In this document: piece after piece, positions 46,516 through 57,102 of the stretch
Layout: every line of letters starts with the position of its first letter
Position numbering within the stretch: the stretch's first letter is position 1
Assembly: GCA_047602425.1 (NCBI GenBank)
Contig: JASGHG010000001.1
Coordinates: 2,400,001-2,464,000 of the forward strand
Source: Nibricoccus sp.
GTDB lineage: Bacteria > Verrucomicrobiota > Verrucomicrobiia > Opitutales > Opitutaceae
DNA: 64,000 nucleotides
Direction: 5' to 3'
Position numbers and translations under genes: made by a program
Notes under the pieces: model-generated
Told to the model about the DNA's origin: nothing
The model's input: the letters and a program-made list of their open reading frames with translations, nothing else
Databases searched by the model: none

Positions 46516-48150
46516 TTAGATCAGGAGGACGGCGATGGCTTTGTCATGCTCGGCGTCGGTCATGTAGGGGATGCCGGTTTCCTTTGCGGTTTCGCGGTTG
46601 GCGGACATGAGATCATTGCGCGAGAGGTCGCAGAGGCGCGATTTGCGAGCGCCAGCCATGAATTGTTGCAGGCCGCAGGCGAGCTTGTCGGCGTAGCCGT
46701 ACATCGCGATCGCGCCGAGCGGGATGTTTTTCATTTCGGCGGCGCCGACTTTCTTCGCAACGGATTCCCAGGCGACGAAGATCTCCTCGGGCTTGTCGCC
46801 GAAGGCCGTGACGGACGGGGGCAAGTCTTCCCAATGGCCGTGAACTTCGGCGCGTTTCTCGGGGCGGAGCACGCCTTCGATGTTGCTGCCGAGGAAGGCG
46901 GGGATCATCGGGGCGCGGCCCATGCAGACGAGCTTCACGAAGGGAGCGCCAAGCGTGAGGGCTTTGAAGACGTGGTCTTCGCGGGCGAAGCCGCCGGCGA
47001 ACGACAGGTCGGGAACTTTCATGCCGCGGTCGGCGAGCATTTTGGTGTACTCGTAGGCGCGGGTGTGGAGCGAGAGCGAGGGCACGCCCCAGTATTCCAT
47101 CATGTTCCACGGGCTCATGCCGGTGCCGCCGCCCGAACCATCGATCGTAAGTAAATCGAGTCCGGCGTCGGTGGCGCAACGAATCGCGAGAGCCAGCGCC
47201 TCCATACCGTAGGAACCGGTCTTGAGCGTGATGCGCTTGTGGCCAATGCTGCGCAGGTAGGCGACGGCTTTCATGAAGTCTTCGCGGACTTGGGCGGCGT
47301 TGTTGAGGTTGGTTCCGCCGAGGCGGCTGTGGCGGGCGAAGTGGCGGATGGCGCCTTCCTTGAAACCGGCTTCGACGACGGGATCGTACGGATCAGGATC
47401 GACGATGTAACCGCGATCTTTGAGGAAGCGAGCATACTCGATGTTATCGACCTGGATTTCGCCGCCGATGCATTTGGCGCCCTGGCCCCACTTGAGCTCG
47501 AGGATGACTTTATCGCCGTATTTGTTTATCAAATACTCAGCCACGCCGTTGCGGGTGTCCTCGACGTTCATTTGCACGATCATCGCGCCGTGGCCGTCGT
47601 AGTAGCGGAAGAAAACTTCAATGCGGCGGTCGAGTTCGGGCGAAATTTCGATGCAGCCTTTTTTGAGGACGGATTTTTTGTCCACGCCGACAACATTTTC
47701 ACCAACGACGATCGGGAAACCAGCGAGCGCGGCGCCGATGGCGAAAGAATTCCAATAACGTGCGGCGACGAAGGTCGAGCCAAGCGCGCCGGTCATGATC
47801 GGGACGCGGCATTTTACGGGAATGTTGCGACCGAACTGGGTCGAGATGTCGACGTTGGGGAAGATGCAGTTGTCGGCGTCGTGGTTGCCGTTGTTGCCGT
47901 GCCAGCCGTAGGCGTAGCCTTGGATGCGGAGCGATTGATAGCCGACACCGACTGCGGTGGTGTTGGATGAGCCAGAGGTGATGTAGCCGAATTTGCGCGG
48001 GTAAAGCAGCTCGCGTCCGCGCATCGACGAAAGCCATGTCTCGCATTTACCTTTGCAGGCGGAGTCGCAAAGGGTGCAGAGGCCGGATTCACAGGCGTTG
48101 CCTCGGTTTACGGTGCCGAGCGCGTCATTACTTTTTCTCCATTCGATCAT
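46516..48150 (-). CDS. FMN-binding glutamate synthase family protein
   Basis: ELKWGQGAK.IGGE, IDGSGGGTGMSP, AGGF; N-terminal Cys cluster. Confidence 0.88.
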   Translation of the reverse strand: MIEWRKSNDALGTVNRGNACESGLCTLCDSACKGKCETWLSSMRGRELLYPRKFGYITSGSSNTTAVGVGYQSLRIQGYAYGWHGNNGNHDADNCIFPNVDISTQFGRNIPVKCRVPIMTGALGSTFVAARYWNSFAIGAALAGFPIVVGENVVGVDKKSVLKKGCIEISPELDRRIEVFFRYYDGHGAMIVQMNVEDTRNGVAEYLINKYGDKVILELKWGQGAKCIGGEIQVDNIEYARFLKDRGYIVDPDPYDPVVEAGFKEGAIRHFARHSRLGGTNLNNAAQVREDFMKAVAYLRSIGHKRITLKTGSYGMEALALAIRCATDAGLDLLTIDGSGGGTGMSPWNMMEYWGVPSLSLHTRAYEYTKMLADRGMKVPDLSFAGGFAREDHVFKALTLGAPFVKLVCMGRAPMIPAFLGSNIEGVLRPEKRAEVHGHWEDLPPSVTAFGDKPEEIFVAWESVAKKVGAAEMKNIPLGAIAMYGYADKLACGLQQFMAGARKSRLCDLSRNDLMSANRETAKETGIPYMTDAEHDKAIAVLLI

Positions 48151-48274
48151 GACAATTAGGTTTAGGGTTGGAGGGGTTGTGAGTGCGGCGCTCTCCGGGA
48201 AAAAACCCAAGCAGGCGCCAAGGAATACGAACGCGGAAACGCTGATAAGAAACACTGGCAGAGGCGAGAGCTAA

Positions 48275-48293
48275 CTATGAAAATATTTCATAG
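48275..48293. promoter_or_regulatory. Palindromic candidate operator upstream of glutamate synthase-like gene
   Basis: CTATGAAA-ATA-TTTCATAG perfect 8-bp inverted repeat. Confidence 0.45.
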
Positions 48294-48758
48294 CAACGTC
48301 CGCCATTTGCTTTCCGGAGAATCTTTACTCGGCATTGGAGGCACGGCTTTGTGCATCTGCCGCCTTCCGATCTTCAGTTGCGCAGGGCCCGCAAACAACC
48401 GCGCAGGTGAAACCGCAGTTTACCGAAATGTCTCGTCATGAGATCGCGCCAGACCGCTCGTCCATTGAGGGCGAGTTGCTGAGACCGCGTCAGAATGTGG
48501 TCGGTGATCATGCTACATTCTATTCTACGGATTTGGCGCTGAGATGTTACAAGGTAACGGCTAATGAACTACGGAAGTTATTTTAGCAGAGCGTCTTAAA
48601 TCGATATTTCTGCTTGTAGAAACAGCCCGCAAGTGGAGCCCGAAAGGACATTCTTAAATTGTGCTCGAGAAAACTTAAGCTGAGAAGGAGCGACGAACTG
48701 CGGATTAAATTTACCTACAAACGCTTACTTCTGTGCCGATGCAGTAACTGATTTTGAC

Positions 48759-48777
48759 ATTGAAACCCAATCTCATT
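48759..48777. promoter_or_regulatory. Fur-box-like site upstream of feo operon
   Basis: ATTGAAACCCAATCTCATT imperfect palindrome just before feoA. Confidence 0.5.
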
Positions 48778-48797
48778 TAGCTTCCCTTCATTCTGTT

Positions 48798-49061
48798 ATG
48801 TCCACGCCTGAAGAAAATAAGCCTAGCAATCTCGTGCCGCTGACGGAGCTTCCCGTTGGTTCCAGCGACCGGGTTCAGGAACTTTCGGGCAAGACGGAGG
48901 TTTGTCAGCGACTGCGTGAAATGGGCTTTTGCGAATCGGCCGTCATCGAAAAAGTGTCGGGCGTTCACACCGTACTTTGCCAGGTTTGCGGCACGCGCAT
49001 TGCGCTGTCCGACAAGGCCGCGCAACACATCCTGGTGGAGCAAATCCGCCGCACTGCCTGA
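48798..49061 (+). CDS. feoA: FeoA family protein
   Basis: RLREMGF; RIALS..A..I.V. Confidence 0.85.
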   Translation: MSTPEENKPSNLVPLTELPVGSSDRVQELSGKTEVCQRLREMGFCESAVIEKVSGVHTVLCQVCGTRIALSDKAAQHILVEQIRRTA

Positions 49062-49091
49062 GCTCGGCAAAGTCGCTGGTTTTTTGTCGAT

Positions 49092-49331
49092 ATGACCGCG
49101 TTGTTGAAACTTTCCGAAATGGTCGTCGGTTCCCAAGCCGTGGTGCGTGAGTTCCCGAAACAAGGCTCGGCTTTTTTGCGTTTAAGGGAAATGGGCGTGA
49201 TGCCGGGAACGGCGTTGACGCTGGTGCGGCTTGCGCCGTTGGGCGATCCGCTGGAGATCAAAGTCCGCGGTTACAACCTGACATTGCGCAAGAGCGAGGC
49301 CGAGCACATCCTCGTCGAAGCCAAATCATGA
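49092..49331 (+). CDS. feoA: FeoA family protein
   Basis: RLREMG..PG, APLGDP, LRKSEA. Confidence 0.92.
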   Translation: MTALLKLSEMVVGSQAVVREFPKQGSAFLRLREMGVMPGTALTLVRLAPLGDPLEIKVRGYNLTLRKSEAEHILVEAKS

Positions 49332-51436
49332 GCGCTGAAATCCGTTCTCCCGCGGCCCCGCGCACGCCGGTTTACGCTTTTGTCGGAAATCCGAATTGCG
49401 GCAAAAGCACGCTCTTTAACGCACTCACAGGACTAAAACAGAAGGTCGGCAACTATCCGGGAGTCACCGTTGAGAAGAAGATCGGCGAGACGTATTCACA
49501 ACATGGGCACCCGATAAAAATCATCGATCTGCCGGGCGCGTATTCGCTCGCGGCGCGTTCGCCGGACGAAGCAGTTTTGCGCGACGTGCTGCTCGGGCGC
49601 CGCGCCGATACGCCGCAGCCGGATCGCGTTGTCTGTATTCTCGATGCCTCGAATCTGGAGCGAAACCTTTATCTTGTTCACCAGATTCTCGATCTGGGAA
49701 AACCGGTGATTCTGGCGCTGAACATGATGGATCTCGCGGCGAAAGCCGGACTCGAAATTCGCATTGCGCGACTCGAAAAAGCCCTCGGTATTCCGGTGAT
49801 TCCCTGCGAAGCGGCCAACGGAAAGGGCATCGTGGAATTGCGTCTCGCGATGAGCCGCAACGACCTGCCGCTGGCGAAGCACGCGTGGGAAATTCCCGCC
49901 CCGATTGCGCCAGCGGTTTCCGAACTAGCTGCCAGTCTCCAAGAAAACGACGGCAAGGCGCCGCTGAGCGCGCGTGCCGAGGCCTTGTTGTTGCTGACTG
50001 ACCAGGACACCGTGCGTGTGACAGGTTCGACGCCGTTGCATCCACGCACCAGCGAGATTTTTCGGGGCTGGCAAAAGCGTTGGGAAAAGGAAGGCACCGA
50101 CTGGGCCGGCACGCTGGTCGGCAGTCGTTACGATGCGATCACCGAGCTTTGCAATCGCGTGATCGAGCGCAAAGCGAACCTCGGTCCAAGCCTAAGCGAT
50201 CGTATTGACCAAGTGGTGACGCATCCGGTCTGGGGCTGGATGTCGCTGGCGGCGATCATGACGCTGCTTTTCCTGTCAATTTTCACGCTGGCGGAGTACC
50301 CGATGAACTTCATCGACAGTCACATCGCGGCGCTGGCCGACTGGGTAAAACATACGATGGCCGAAGGCGACCTGCGCGATTTGATCACCGACGGTGCGAT
50401 TGCCGGCGTGGGCGGTGTGCTGGTGTTTCTGCCGCAGATTTTGATTTTGTTTCTGTTTATTGGTTTGCTGGAAAGCACGGGCTACATGGCGCGCGCGGCT
50501 TTTATTATGGACCGGCTGATGAGCCGCGTTGGCTTGAACGGCCGGAGTTTCATCCCGTTGCTCAGCTCCTATGCCTGCGCGATTCCGGGCATCATGGCAA
50601 CCCGAACCATTGAAGACCAGAAAGACCGCCTGACCACGATCCTCGTTGCGCCGCTGATGAGCTGTTCGGCGCGTTTGCCGGTGTATCTGCTGATGATGGC
50701 TGCACTGGTGCCCGGCGAACGCGTGCCGCTGCTGACCAAGGTGGGCATCATGCTGCTCATGTATGGGCTCGGCACGTGCGGCGCCTTTGGCTTTGCCTGG
50801 CTTTTCAAGCGCACGCTGCTCAAAGGCGAACCACCGCTCATGATCATGGAGCTGCCGCCCTATCGGCTGCCGCGCATACGCGACATCGCGTTTCACATGG
50901 TGGAACGCGCGTGGATGTTTTTGAAAAACGCCGGCACGGTCATTCTTGCGATCTCGATCGTGCTGTGGTTCCTGGCGGCGTATCCAAAAGCTCACGACGG
51001 TGCGACACCGACGCAGCAGCTCGAACAAAGTTTTGCCGGAAAGGCTGGACATGCACTTGAACCGGTGATCCGACCGATCGGGTTCGACTGGCAAATTGGC
51101 ATTGGCCTGATCAGTTCGCTGGCGGCGCGCGAGGTTTTTGTAAGCACGATGGGTGTCGTTTTCAACGCCGAGGGAAGTGACGAAGACACCACGCCGCTGC
51201 GTCAATCAATGGCCAAGGCAAAATGGCCGGATGGGCGGCCGCTGTTTACCCCGCTTGTTTGCGTTACGCTGATGGTCTTCTATGTTTTCGCCATGCAGTG
51301 CATGAGCACATTGGCTGTGGTGAAGCGCGAAACGAATTCGTGGCGCTGGCCCTTGTTTCAATTGGTGTACATGACGGGCACGGCCTGGGTCGTCTGCCTG
51401 ATCGTATACCAAACCGGCCGCGCACTCGGTTTTTAA
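49328..51436 (+). CDS. feoB: Ferrous iron transporter B
   Basis: GNPNCGKST, NYPGVTVE, DLPG, NMMD, membrane domain with MELPPY. Confidence 0.96.
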   Translation: MSAEIRSPAAPRTPVYAFVGNPNCGKSTLFNALTGLKQKVGNYPGVTVEKKIGETYSQHGHPIKIIDLPGAYSLAARSPDEAVLRDVLLGRRADTPQPDRVVCILDASNLERNLYLVHQILDLGKPVILALNMMDLAAKAGLEIRIARLEKALGIPVIPCEAANGKGIVELRLAMSRNDLPLAKHAWEIPAPIAPAVSELAASLQENDGKAPLSARAEALLLLTDQDTVRVTGSTPLHPRTSEIFRGWQKRWEKEGTDWAGTLVGSRYDAITELCNRVIERKANLGPSLSDRIDQVVTHPVWGWMSLAAIMTLLFLSIFTLAEYPMNFIDSHIAALADWVKHTMAEGDLRDLITDGAIAGVGGVLVFLPQILILFLFIGLLESTGYMARAAFIMDRLMSRVGLNGRSFIPLLSSYACAIPGIMATRTIEDQKDRLTTILVAPLMSCSARLPVYLLMMAALVPGERVPLLTKVGIMLLMYGLGTCGAFGFAWLFKRTLLKGEPPLMIMELPPYRLPRIRDIAFHMVERAWMFLKNAGTVILAISIVLWFLAAYPKAHDGATPTQQLEQSFAGKAGHALEPVIRPIGFDWQIGIGLISSLAAREVFVSTMGVVFNAEGSDEDTTPLRQSMAKAKWPDGRPLFTPLVCVTLMVFYVFAMQCMSTLAVVKRETNSWRWPLFQLVYMTGTAWVVCLIVYQTGRALGF

Positions 51437-51445
51437 GGAAGATCG

Positions 51446-51598
51446 ATGTTCGACAACTGGCAAACTCCCATCGCGATCCTGGTCGTGCTACTCGCGCTCG
51501 CGGCGCTGGTGCGCGGCGCGATTTCTAAAAAGAAAAAGCCTGGCTGCGGCGGTGGCTGCTGTCCGACGGATAAATTCAAGGCCGGACTCAAGCACTGA
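51446..51598 (+). CDS. FeoB-associated Cys-rich small membrane protein (50 aa)
   Basis: Hand translated MFDNWQTPIAILVVLLALAALVRGAISKKKKPGCGGGCCP.. Confidence 0.8.
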   Translation: MFDNWQTPIAILVVLLALAALVRGAISKKKKPGCGGGCCPTDKFKAGLKH

Positions 51599-51625
51599 AG
51601 CCCGGATAAGGCTTCTTGCAATTGG

Positions 51626-52402
51626 TTATAGTCCCGGTGCGACCGCGAAACGCGTGAGGATGGGGGCGTTTTTTACGAGATCGTCCGAAAATTCTTCACG
51701 TTTCAGCATCGCGGCAAAAACCTCGAGGACTTGCGCCAACAGGCTGCCAAACGACCAACCCGCGTCGGCCTGACCTTTTGGCAGCTTAACTTTTTCGAGG
51801 TAGCGCAACCAATGCGCACGAGCCTGTGAGTCGAGCCGGGCACGGACTTCGGCAAAAACTTTTGGCGAAGTTTCAAAGAGAGCCGACAACTCAGAGAGCA
51901 AAGCGTCACGAAACTCGGCGGCTTTTTTCAGCGAACCCTGATCGCAAATCAGATTGATCCGGGCGAAGCGAAGGTGATAGCCGACCTCCCAAAGTTCCGG
52001 GCCACTGAAGCCAAGGCTGCGGGGACCTCCGCGCGGCCATTCGGTGCGACCGCTCAAGTGATCTTCAAGCAGCGCCAGTATGATCTGTTTTTGCAGGGCC
52101 AAATAATGCCGGGCGTGAAGAGCGCTTAATGCTTCACCGAACCGGCTGCAAAAACTATTCGGACCGAAGGCGCTGCTCGCGATCCAGAAAAGAGCCTGCT
52201 CGTCCTGAGCCTGGTCGATTTTCGCGAGCACGCGGCGAAATTCATAAGTGGCGTAGCCGGCCGCGGATTCGTCGGCCGGCATTTGTGGCACGGGGGATAA
52301 ATGAAGCGCCGCTTCCTCATAAGGATCGTTGCTTTGGACCGACGCGACCAAGCGACCGATGCTATCATTCTCCGAGGAGTTCTGTACGTTCTTCTTAAGC
52401 AC
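51626..52402 (-). CDS. Hypothetical protein
   Basis: 258 aa ORF, no recognised motif, start uncertain. Confidence 0.5.
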   Translation of the reverse strand: MLKKNVQNSSENDSIGRLVASVQSNDPYEEAALHLSPVPQMPADESAAGYATYEFRRVLAKIDQAQDEQALFWIASSAFGPNSFCSRFGEALSALHARHYLALQKQIILALLEDHLSGRTEWPRGGPRSLGFSGPELWEVGYHLRFARINLICDQGSLKKAAEFRDALLSELSALFETSPKVFAEVRARLDSQARAHWLRYLEKVKLPKGQADAGWSFGSLLAQVLEVFAAMLKREEFSDDLVKNAPILTRFAVAPGL

Positions 52403-52627
52403 GACAAAATCCTTGGTGAACTTTAGAAATGGAAATTCCTCCCACGCAAATCATGTGCGAAAATTAGGAGGCCGCTGAAAAGCGGACAAGGGCAAAATAC
52501 GATTAAGGACGATGGCTCTGCGAGCCGTCTGCCATGCAAAGTGTTCGGACGTTTTTTTGCCGCCGTTTATTCCAATATAATAGTTTGGTTTGTATAAACG
52601 CCGCAAAAGGAAGCCATGCCCCGTCGC

Positions 52628-53083
52628 TTATTCGGGCTGATATTTTGCGCGTTCGATGCCGAACCAGTTGGAAAGAAGCTTTCGTTGTGCCGGTGTCAAC
52701 CGGGCAGCGGGATGGGCGAGTTTGTAGGATGCGAGCGGCATCTCGCCTTCGGAAACCTCGTCGGCGCACTGTTCGAGTTTTTGCGCGGCGCGTTTGGGCG
52801 AGAGCTCGCCAAGGGTTGAAAAATTAAGATGACTTTTGCCCTCTTTTACATGGTGTGCGATCCACCAGCCAAAAGGCTGAACCTCGGTATACCATGGATA
52901 CCGTGTTTGGTTGGAGTGACAGTCATAACAGGTATTTACGAGCAGCTGTTTAATGCCGGGATCGGGGTCGGTGCGGACGATCAAGTCGTTGGGACCGGGG
53001 GGCAGGCCCTGATCTTTCGCCGGTCGCAGCAGCTGAATGGCCAAAAAAAGCACAAGCAGACCGATCAGGACTTTTTTCCACAT
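52628..53083 (-). CDS. Heme-binding (cytochrome c-like) protein
   Basis: CYDCH, YPWY, LNFS, MPLASY. Confidence 0.88.
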   Translation of the reverse strand: MWKKVLIGLLVLFLAIQLLRPAKDQGLPPGPNDLIVRTDPDPGIKQLLVNTCYDCHSNQTRYPWYTEVQPFGWWIAHHVKEGKSHLNFSTLGELSPKRAAQKLEQCADEVSEGEMPLASYKLAHPAARLTPAQRKLLSNWFGIERAKYQPE

Positions 53084-53424
53084 GATGACCGACGTTCATG
53101 ATTTTTGCCGTGAGGGCAACTTTTCTGGTGGGCTTTGACAGCTGACCGTTGGATTTCGAAGGAGAAAAGAACCGCGGTGGTCCCCATTTGCCCGCCCCTT
53201 AAAAATACGTTGTTTCTGACCAAATTTGCAGGCGCCCGATATCCTCCAACGATCGCCAAAGGAGGATTATCCCTATCGGATGGTTTGTAACGTAATACGT
53301 GACAAACTGGATTGGCCGAAGAAACAAATCCTATCGGAAATTCGCAGATAACACGACTCCCACAAACACCCGTTCGTGTTTGTGGGATAGATGTTGGTCG
53401 CGGTGCTGAAGTTTTTGCGCGGCC

Positions 53425-56400
53425 TCAGGTGGTCAGCGGTTGCACGCCGAGGGTGCCTTCGAGTTTGTCGCGGTAGGCGGGGGACTCGATGGCGCCGAGC
53501 TTGGATTTGGCGTGGGTCAGGCGATTGGTTAAGTTGAGGCGTGCGACCGTATCGGCGAAGCTCGGACGATCGAGGTAGGCCTCAAGATACGAAATGTGGC
53601 GCTTCCAGAGCTGGGCTTCGATCTTCTGCTTCGCGTCAAGCCGTTCCTTGTACCAAGGACTGACGAGGAGGCTGTCGCGGGTGAAGAGCGCGCGGATTTC
53701 GGGCGAGTTGAGGCCTTTGCCTTCGTAGTGGCCGTAGGCCATGATGTGGAGCAGGGCCCGGAGTGGAGGGCAGGCGAGGGCAATGCCGCCGTCGGCAAAA
53801 TAACTTTCCGCGACGCGTTTGTGGGTGGCGCAGATGTTATCCATGCCGTCGACGAAAACCTCCATGCCCTGGAGTTCGGGTTTGAGCATTTCGTCGGTGA
53901 AGACGACGTGCGGATGGTTGAAGACGCGGCCGAAATAAACGCGGACGAAGCGGGTGGTGATGCGGTAGCCGAGCCGGCTGGCGAGGATCGGTTTGCCGTC
54001 GTAGGTGAAGTCCGAGCATTTCTCCAGGCTGCCATCGGCGATGAGAGTGCGGGCGTCGCGCTCCGCGGGCGTCATGCGCGAAAACACCTCGGGGACGAGC
54101 AGGCTGACGTCGTGGTCAACCCGAACCTTTGGACCGACGTAACCGGCGGCGGAAAGGAAAATGTCGTGACCGGTGAGGATGAGCGAGATGAGGGCGGCGT
54201 TGAGATCGATGACGGGCGGCAGGGCGTTGAAGGGACCTTTGGTCAGGGCGCCTTCGGAGCCGGCACCGGTGGTCGAGGGCGATTTACCGGTCATGCTGCT
54301 GACGAACTCCATGAACGCTTCGGGCAATTCCATGTAATGGATCGGCCCGAAGACAGCGAGGGAGCGGATGCCTTTTTCCGGCGGGTTGTTGCGGCGGCCG
54401 GGGACGACGATGCTGACCGGCGTGTGGACGGGTTCGTCGGAATTGATGCAGCGATGGAGTCGCGCGGAAACCTCGGCAAGATAAGTGCCCTTGCAATCGG
54501 TGATGTCGGGCCGGACTTGGAGATAGCGAGGGTTTTTGGTCGGTTTGCCGTCGACGATGCGGGGGTGCGCGGAGGAGACGAAGTACTTCGGCGAAGAACC
54601 GTTGGCCTCGGCGGCGGCCTTGATGAGCTGTCGCATCGGGGCGGTGTAGGCGTTGAAACCAATGGCGTCCTCAATGATTTCGCGGGCGCTGTCTCCGTTG
54701 AGTGGTTCGTAGTTGGAGAGGAACGTGCCGGGCGAAGCCATATCGGCTTCGGCCTGGTGGTCATAGCCGCGATGGATGGCGTCATCGGGGCGCTGGAAGA
54801 GCCGGGCCTCGCAGTTTTCCACGAATTTTAGCGATGGCGCGAGGGTCGGCATCGGGATGCTCGGGCGGGAGGCCACATTTTGTGCGGGGGCCACGACGGA
54901 GGCGGTGATGTCGTCTTCGCGCTGCACCTTGGCCGCGGGATGAAAGTCGGAGCGCAGTCCGAAAACGCGCCAGGAGCCGTCTTCCTCGAAGCCGACGCGG
55001 AGGAAGCTGGAGACGAGCTTGCGGCCGTGGAGTTTGAGTTCGTTGCCCAAGCGACCATTGATGGTATCGACCGAGAAATGATGGAGCCAGGCGTCGGCCC
55101 AATCGGGCTGGTAGTAGCGCTTGAGGACGAAAACGAGTTCCTTGATGTACTGCGGAATAGCGGCGAGCCAGGAGTTATATTCCTCGGAATATTCGCGTCG
55201 CGACGGCGTAAGGAGTTTGATCACACTGCCCAGCGAACGCTCAGCGCTAAGAATGGGGCGCTTGTCCTTGCCGTTGCGCGACGGATCGCGGAAGCGGTTG
55301 GAGGTATCGCGATTCAGGATGGCCTGAACCTGGTCAAAGTCGCGATCAAAGTCGGAAACGAAGACGTGGCCGGGGAAAATCGCGTAGGCGATCGCCTTGG
55401 AAATTTCAGACTTGCCGCCGCCGGATACCGTACAGGGCTTGTGGCAAAGCGTGCCTTCGGGGACGGTGCCGACGAGGCGCCAGCGGCCTTTTTCACCGGG
55501 GATCGGTTCCATGTGAACGCGGTAACCGCTCGGGCGAACATAGGTTTTGTCGGCGAGAAGCTTGAGGCTGTGGGTTTTTCCGTTGGGTCCGGGCCAGACA
55601 ATGGTCTGTTTGCGCAGATCGAAACGCGTGTCTTCGCGAACGTAGATAACATCGGGGTGTTGGCGGTCGATCGCGTAGCCCTCGGGCATGAGCTGAATGC
55701 GGTCGCCGAGGCGTGCGGCGGCATCGGCGAAGGAGAACTCGCGAGTCGTCGGATAACGGACAAAGGTTTCGCCAAGATCGTAACTGGGATACACGAGGGC
55801 GCCGCCAGCATGTTCCTCTTCGACCAGACCGTAGAGATTGGCGGAGAAGCTGACCTGGGTCTTAACCTCTTTCTTGCAGTAACCGAAGTAATTGTCGGCG
55901 ATGATGGTAACCATCACACCCCGGGCATCGCGGGCGGTGAGTTTGAACGCAGAGCCGTTGTTGTAGAGCTCAGTTTCGTCTTTCCAACACATGCCATCGC
56001 GACGCTGGCGCGGCGTGGCGAGATCGTAGTGCGGAAGCCCCGCGAGATGTTTTGGCACCGATGTGAGATGCGGCGCGAGGATGACGCAGCCGGTGTGACC
56101 GGTCCAGTGGTCGACATCGAGGCCGGCGTCGTTTTCGGGAAGATAGGGATCACCGGCGTTGCCGAAAATGGATTCGACGAAATCGAGATTGGCGACGAGC
56201 GAGCCGGGCGCGAGGAAACGGATTTCCATGCGTTTTTCCTCGATGAAACCAGGGACATCGGGGCAAACGAGCGGACGCAAAAGCAGCGAGACAAAACACT
56301 CGGCTTGTTCAGCACGACCCGCGGTGAAGGGCAGGCGCTGGAGCTCGCGAGGCGGATGGAGCGCGATATCGAGCATCTTCGCGTAGGCGTTTTTCGGAAC

Positions 56401-56889
56401 GGCGAGTTTGTCGTCGGGGACCGGAAGGCCGCCTTCGGCGATGTGGAAAACACCCTGGGTGGTCCGGCGGTCATTGACGGGGTTGTGCAGAACGCCTTGG
56501 CGAATGCGGTAGCTTTTTAGGAGCGCGGAATTGAACTCATCTCCTTCGGCGGGGAGGGAAAGCGTGCGCGCAAGGCCGGCCTCATCGAGGATGAACGTGC
56601 GGGCGGGGAGGCGGGGGGAGGGGCCGATGTCCGAGAGGTAAGCTTCGAGCCAAGCCTGGATGCGTTGGTCAGCGGGGCTCAGCGGATCGATCAGCTGGCG
56701 TGTCGTTTCGCGGTAGCGCGAAAAAATGGGCGCGGTGAGCGTGGTCCAAGCAGCGCCTTCTGCGTCGGATACGGTCGGGCAACCGAGGAGGGCAAGACGC
56801 AGATTGATCGCGTGGCGGAGCTTGTCGGAGGGTTGTTCAGCGGAAGGAGTGAGCATGGAAGGAGAGGAAAGTTGGCGGCGTGAATCCAT
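53425..56889 (-). CDS. Probable PPi-dependent phosphoenolpyruvate carboxykinase
   Basis: ~1150 aa; NYFGYCKKE, EEEHAGGA, HKPCTVSGGGKSEISK, RLFQRPDDA, TGKSPSTTGAGSEGA. Confidence 0.75.
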   Translation of the reverse strand: MDSRRQLSSPSMLTPSAEQPSDKLRHAINLRLALLGCPTVSDAEGAAWTTLTAPIFSRYRETTRQLIDPLSPADQRIQAWLEAYLSDIGPSPRLPARTFILDEAGLARTLSLPAEGDEFNSALLKSYRIRQGVLHNPVNDRRTTQGVFHIAEGGLPVPDDKLAVPKNAYAKMLDIALHPPRELQRLPFTAGRAEQAECFVSLLLRPLVCPDVPGFIEEKRMEIRFLAPGSLVANLDFVESIFGNAGDPYLPENDAGLDVDHWTGHTGCVILAPHLTSVPKHLAGLPHYDLATPRQRRDGMCWKDETELYNNGSAFKLTARDARGVMVTIIADNYFGYCKKEVKTQVSFSANLYGLVEEEHAGGALVYPSYDLGETFVRYPTTREFSFADAAARLGDRIQLMPEGYAIDRQHPDVIYVREDTRFDLRKQTIVWPGPNGKTHSLKLLADKTYVRPSGYRVHMEPIPGEKGRWRLVGTVPEGTLCHKPCTVSGGGKSEISKAIAYAIFPGHVFVSDFDRDFDQVQAILNRDTSNRFRDPSRNGKDKRPILSAERSLGSVIKLLTPSRREYSEEYNSWLAAIPQYIKELVFVLKRYYQPDWADAWLHHFSVDTINGRLGNELKLHGRKLVSSFLRVGFEEDGSWRVFGLRSDFHPAAKVQREDDITASVVAPAQNVASRPSIPMPTLAPSLKFVENCEARLFQRPDDAIHRGYDHQAEADMASPGTFLSNYEPLNGDSAREIIEDAIGFNAYTAPMRQLIKAAAEANGSSPKYFVSSAHPRIVDGKPTKNPRYLQVRPDITDCKGTYLAEVSARLHRCINSDEPVHTPVSIVVPGRRNNPPEKGIRSLAVFGPIHYMELPEAFMEFVSSMTGKSPSTTGAGSEGALTKGPFNALPPVIDLNAALISLILTGHDIFLSAAGYVGPKVRVDHDVSLLVPEVFSRMTPAERDARTLIADGSLEKCSDFTYDGKPILASRLGYRITTRFVRVYFGRVFNHPHVVFTDEMLKPELQGMEVFVDGMDNICATHKRVAESYFADGGIALACPPLRALLHIMAYGHYEGKGLNSPEIRALFTRDSLLVSPWYKERLDAKQKIEAQLWKRHISYLEAYLDRPSFADTVARLNLTNRLTHAKSKLGAIESPAYRDKLEGTLGVQPLTT

Positions 56890-57102
56890 TGGGACTCAGA
56901 TACCTTTTTTTATCAGCCATTGAAGTACAATGGGCAATGCAAGGATTTGAAAATGGTGAATCTCCATGAGTGACGAGAGTTTCCGTAGGCTGACGTTTTA
57001 GCAAAACCGCGCTCATGAGCGGACACGTGTAGAAAATTGGGCGTAATTTTCCATAGGAGAGGTGGTTGCGGTAGTTGTTGGACTCGGTCTGTTGGTTGCC
57101 CA

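Noticed and set aside
53596..56520. Long plus-strand ORFs (411 and 546 aa) and similar antisense ORFs over gnd and rtcB
   Set aside because: Antisense frames kept open by GC-rich codon bias of the real genes
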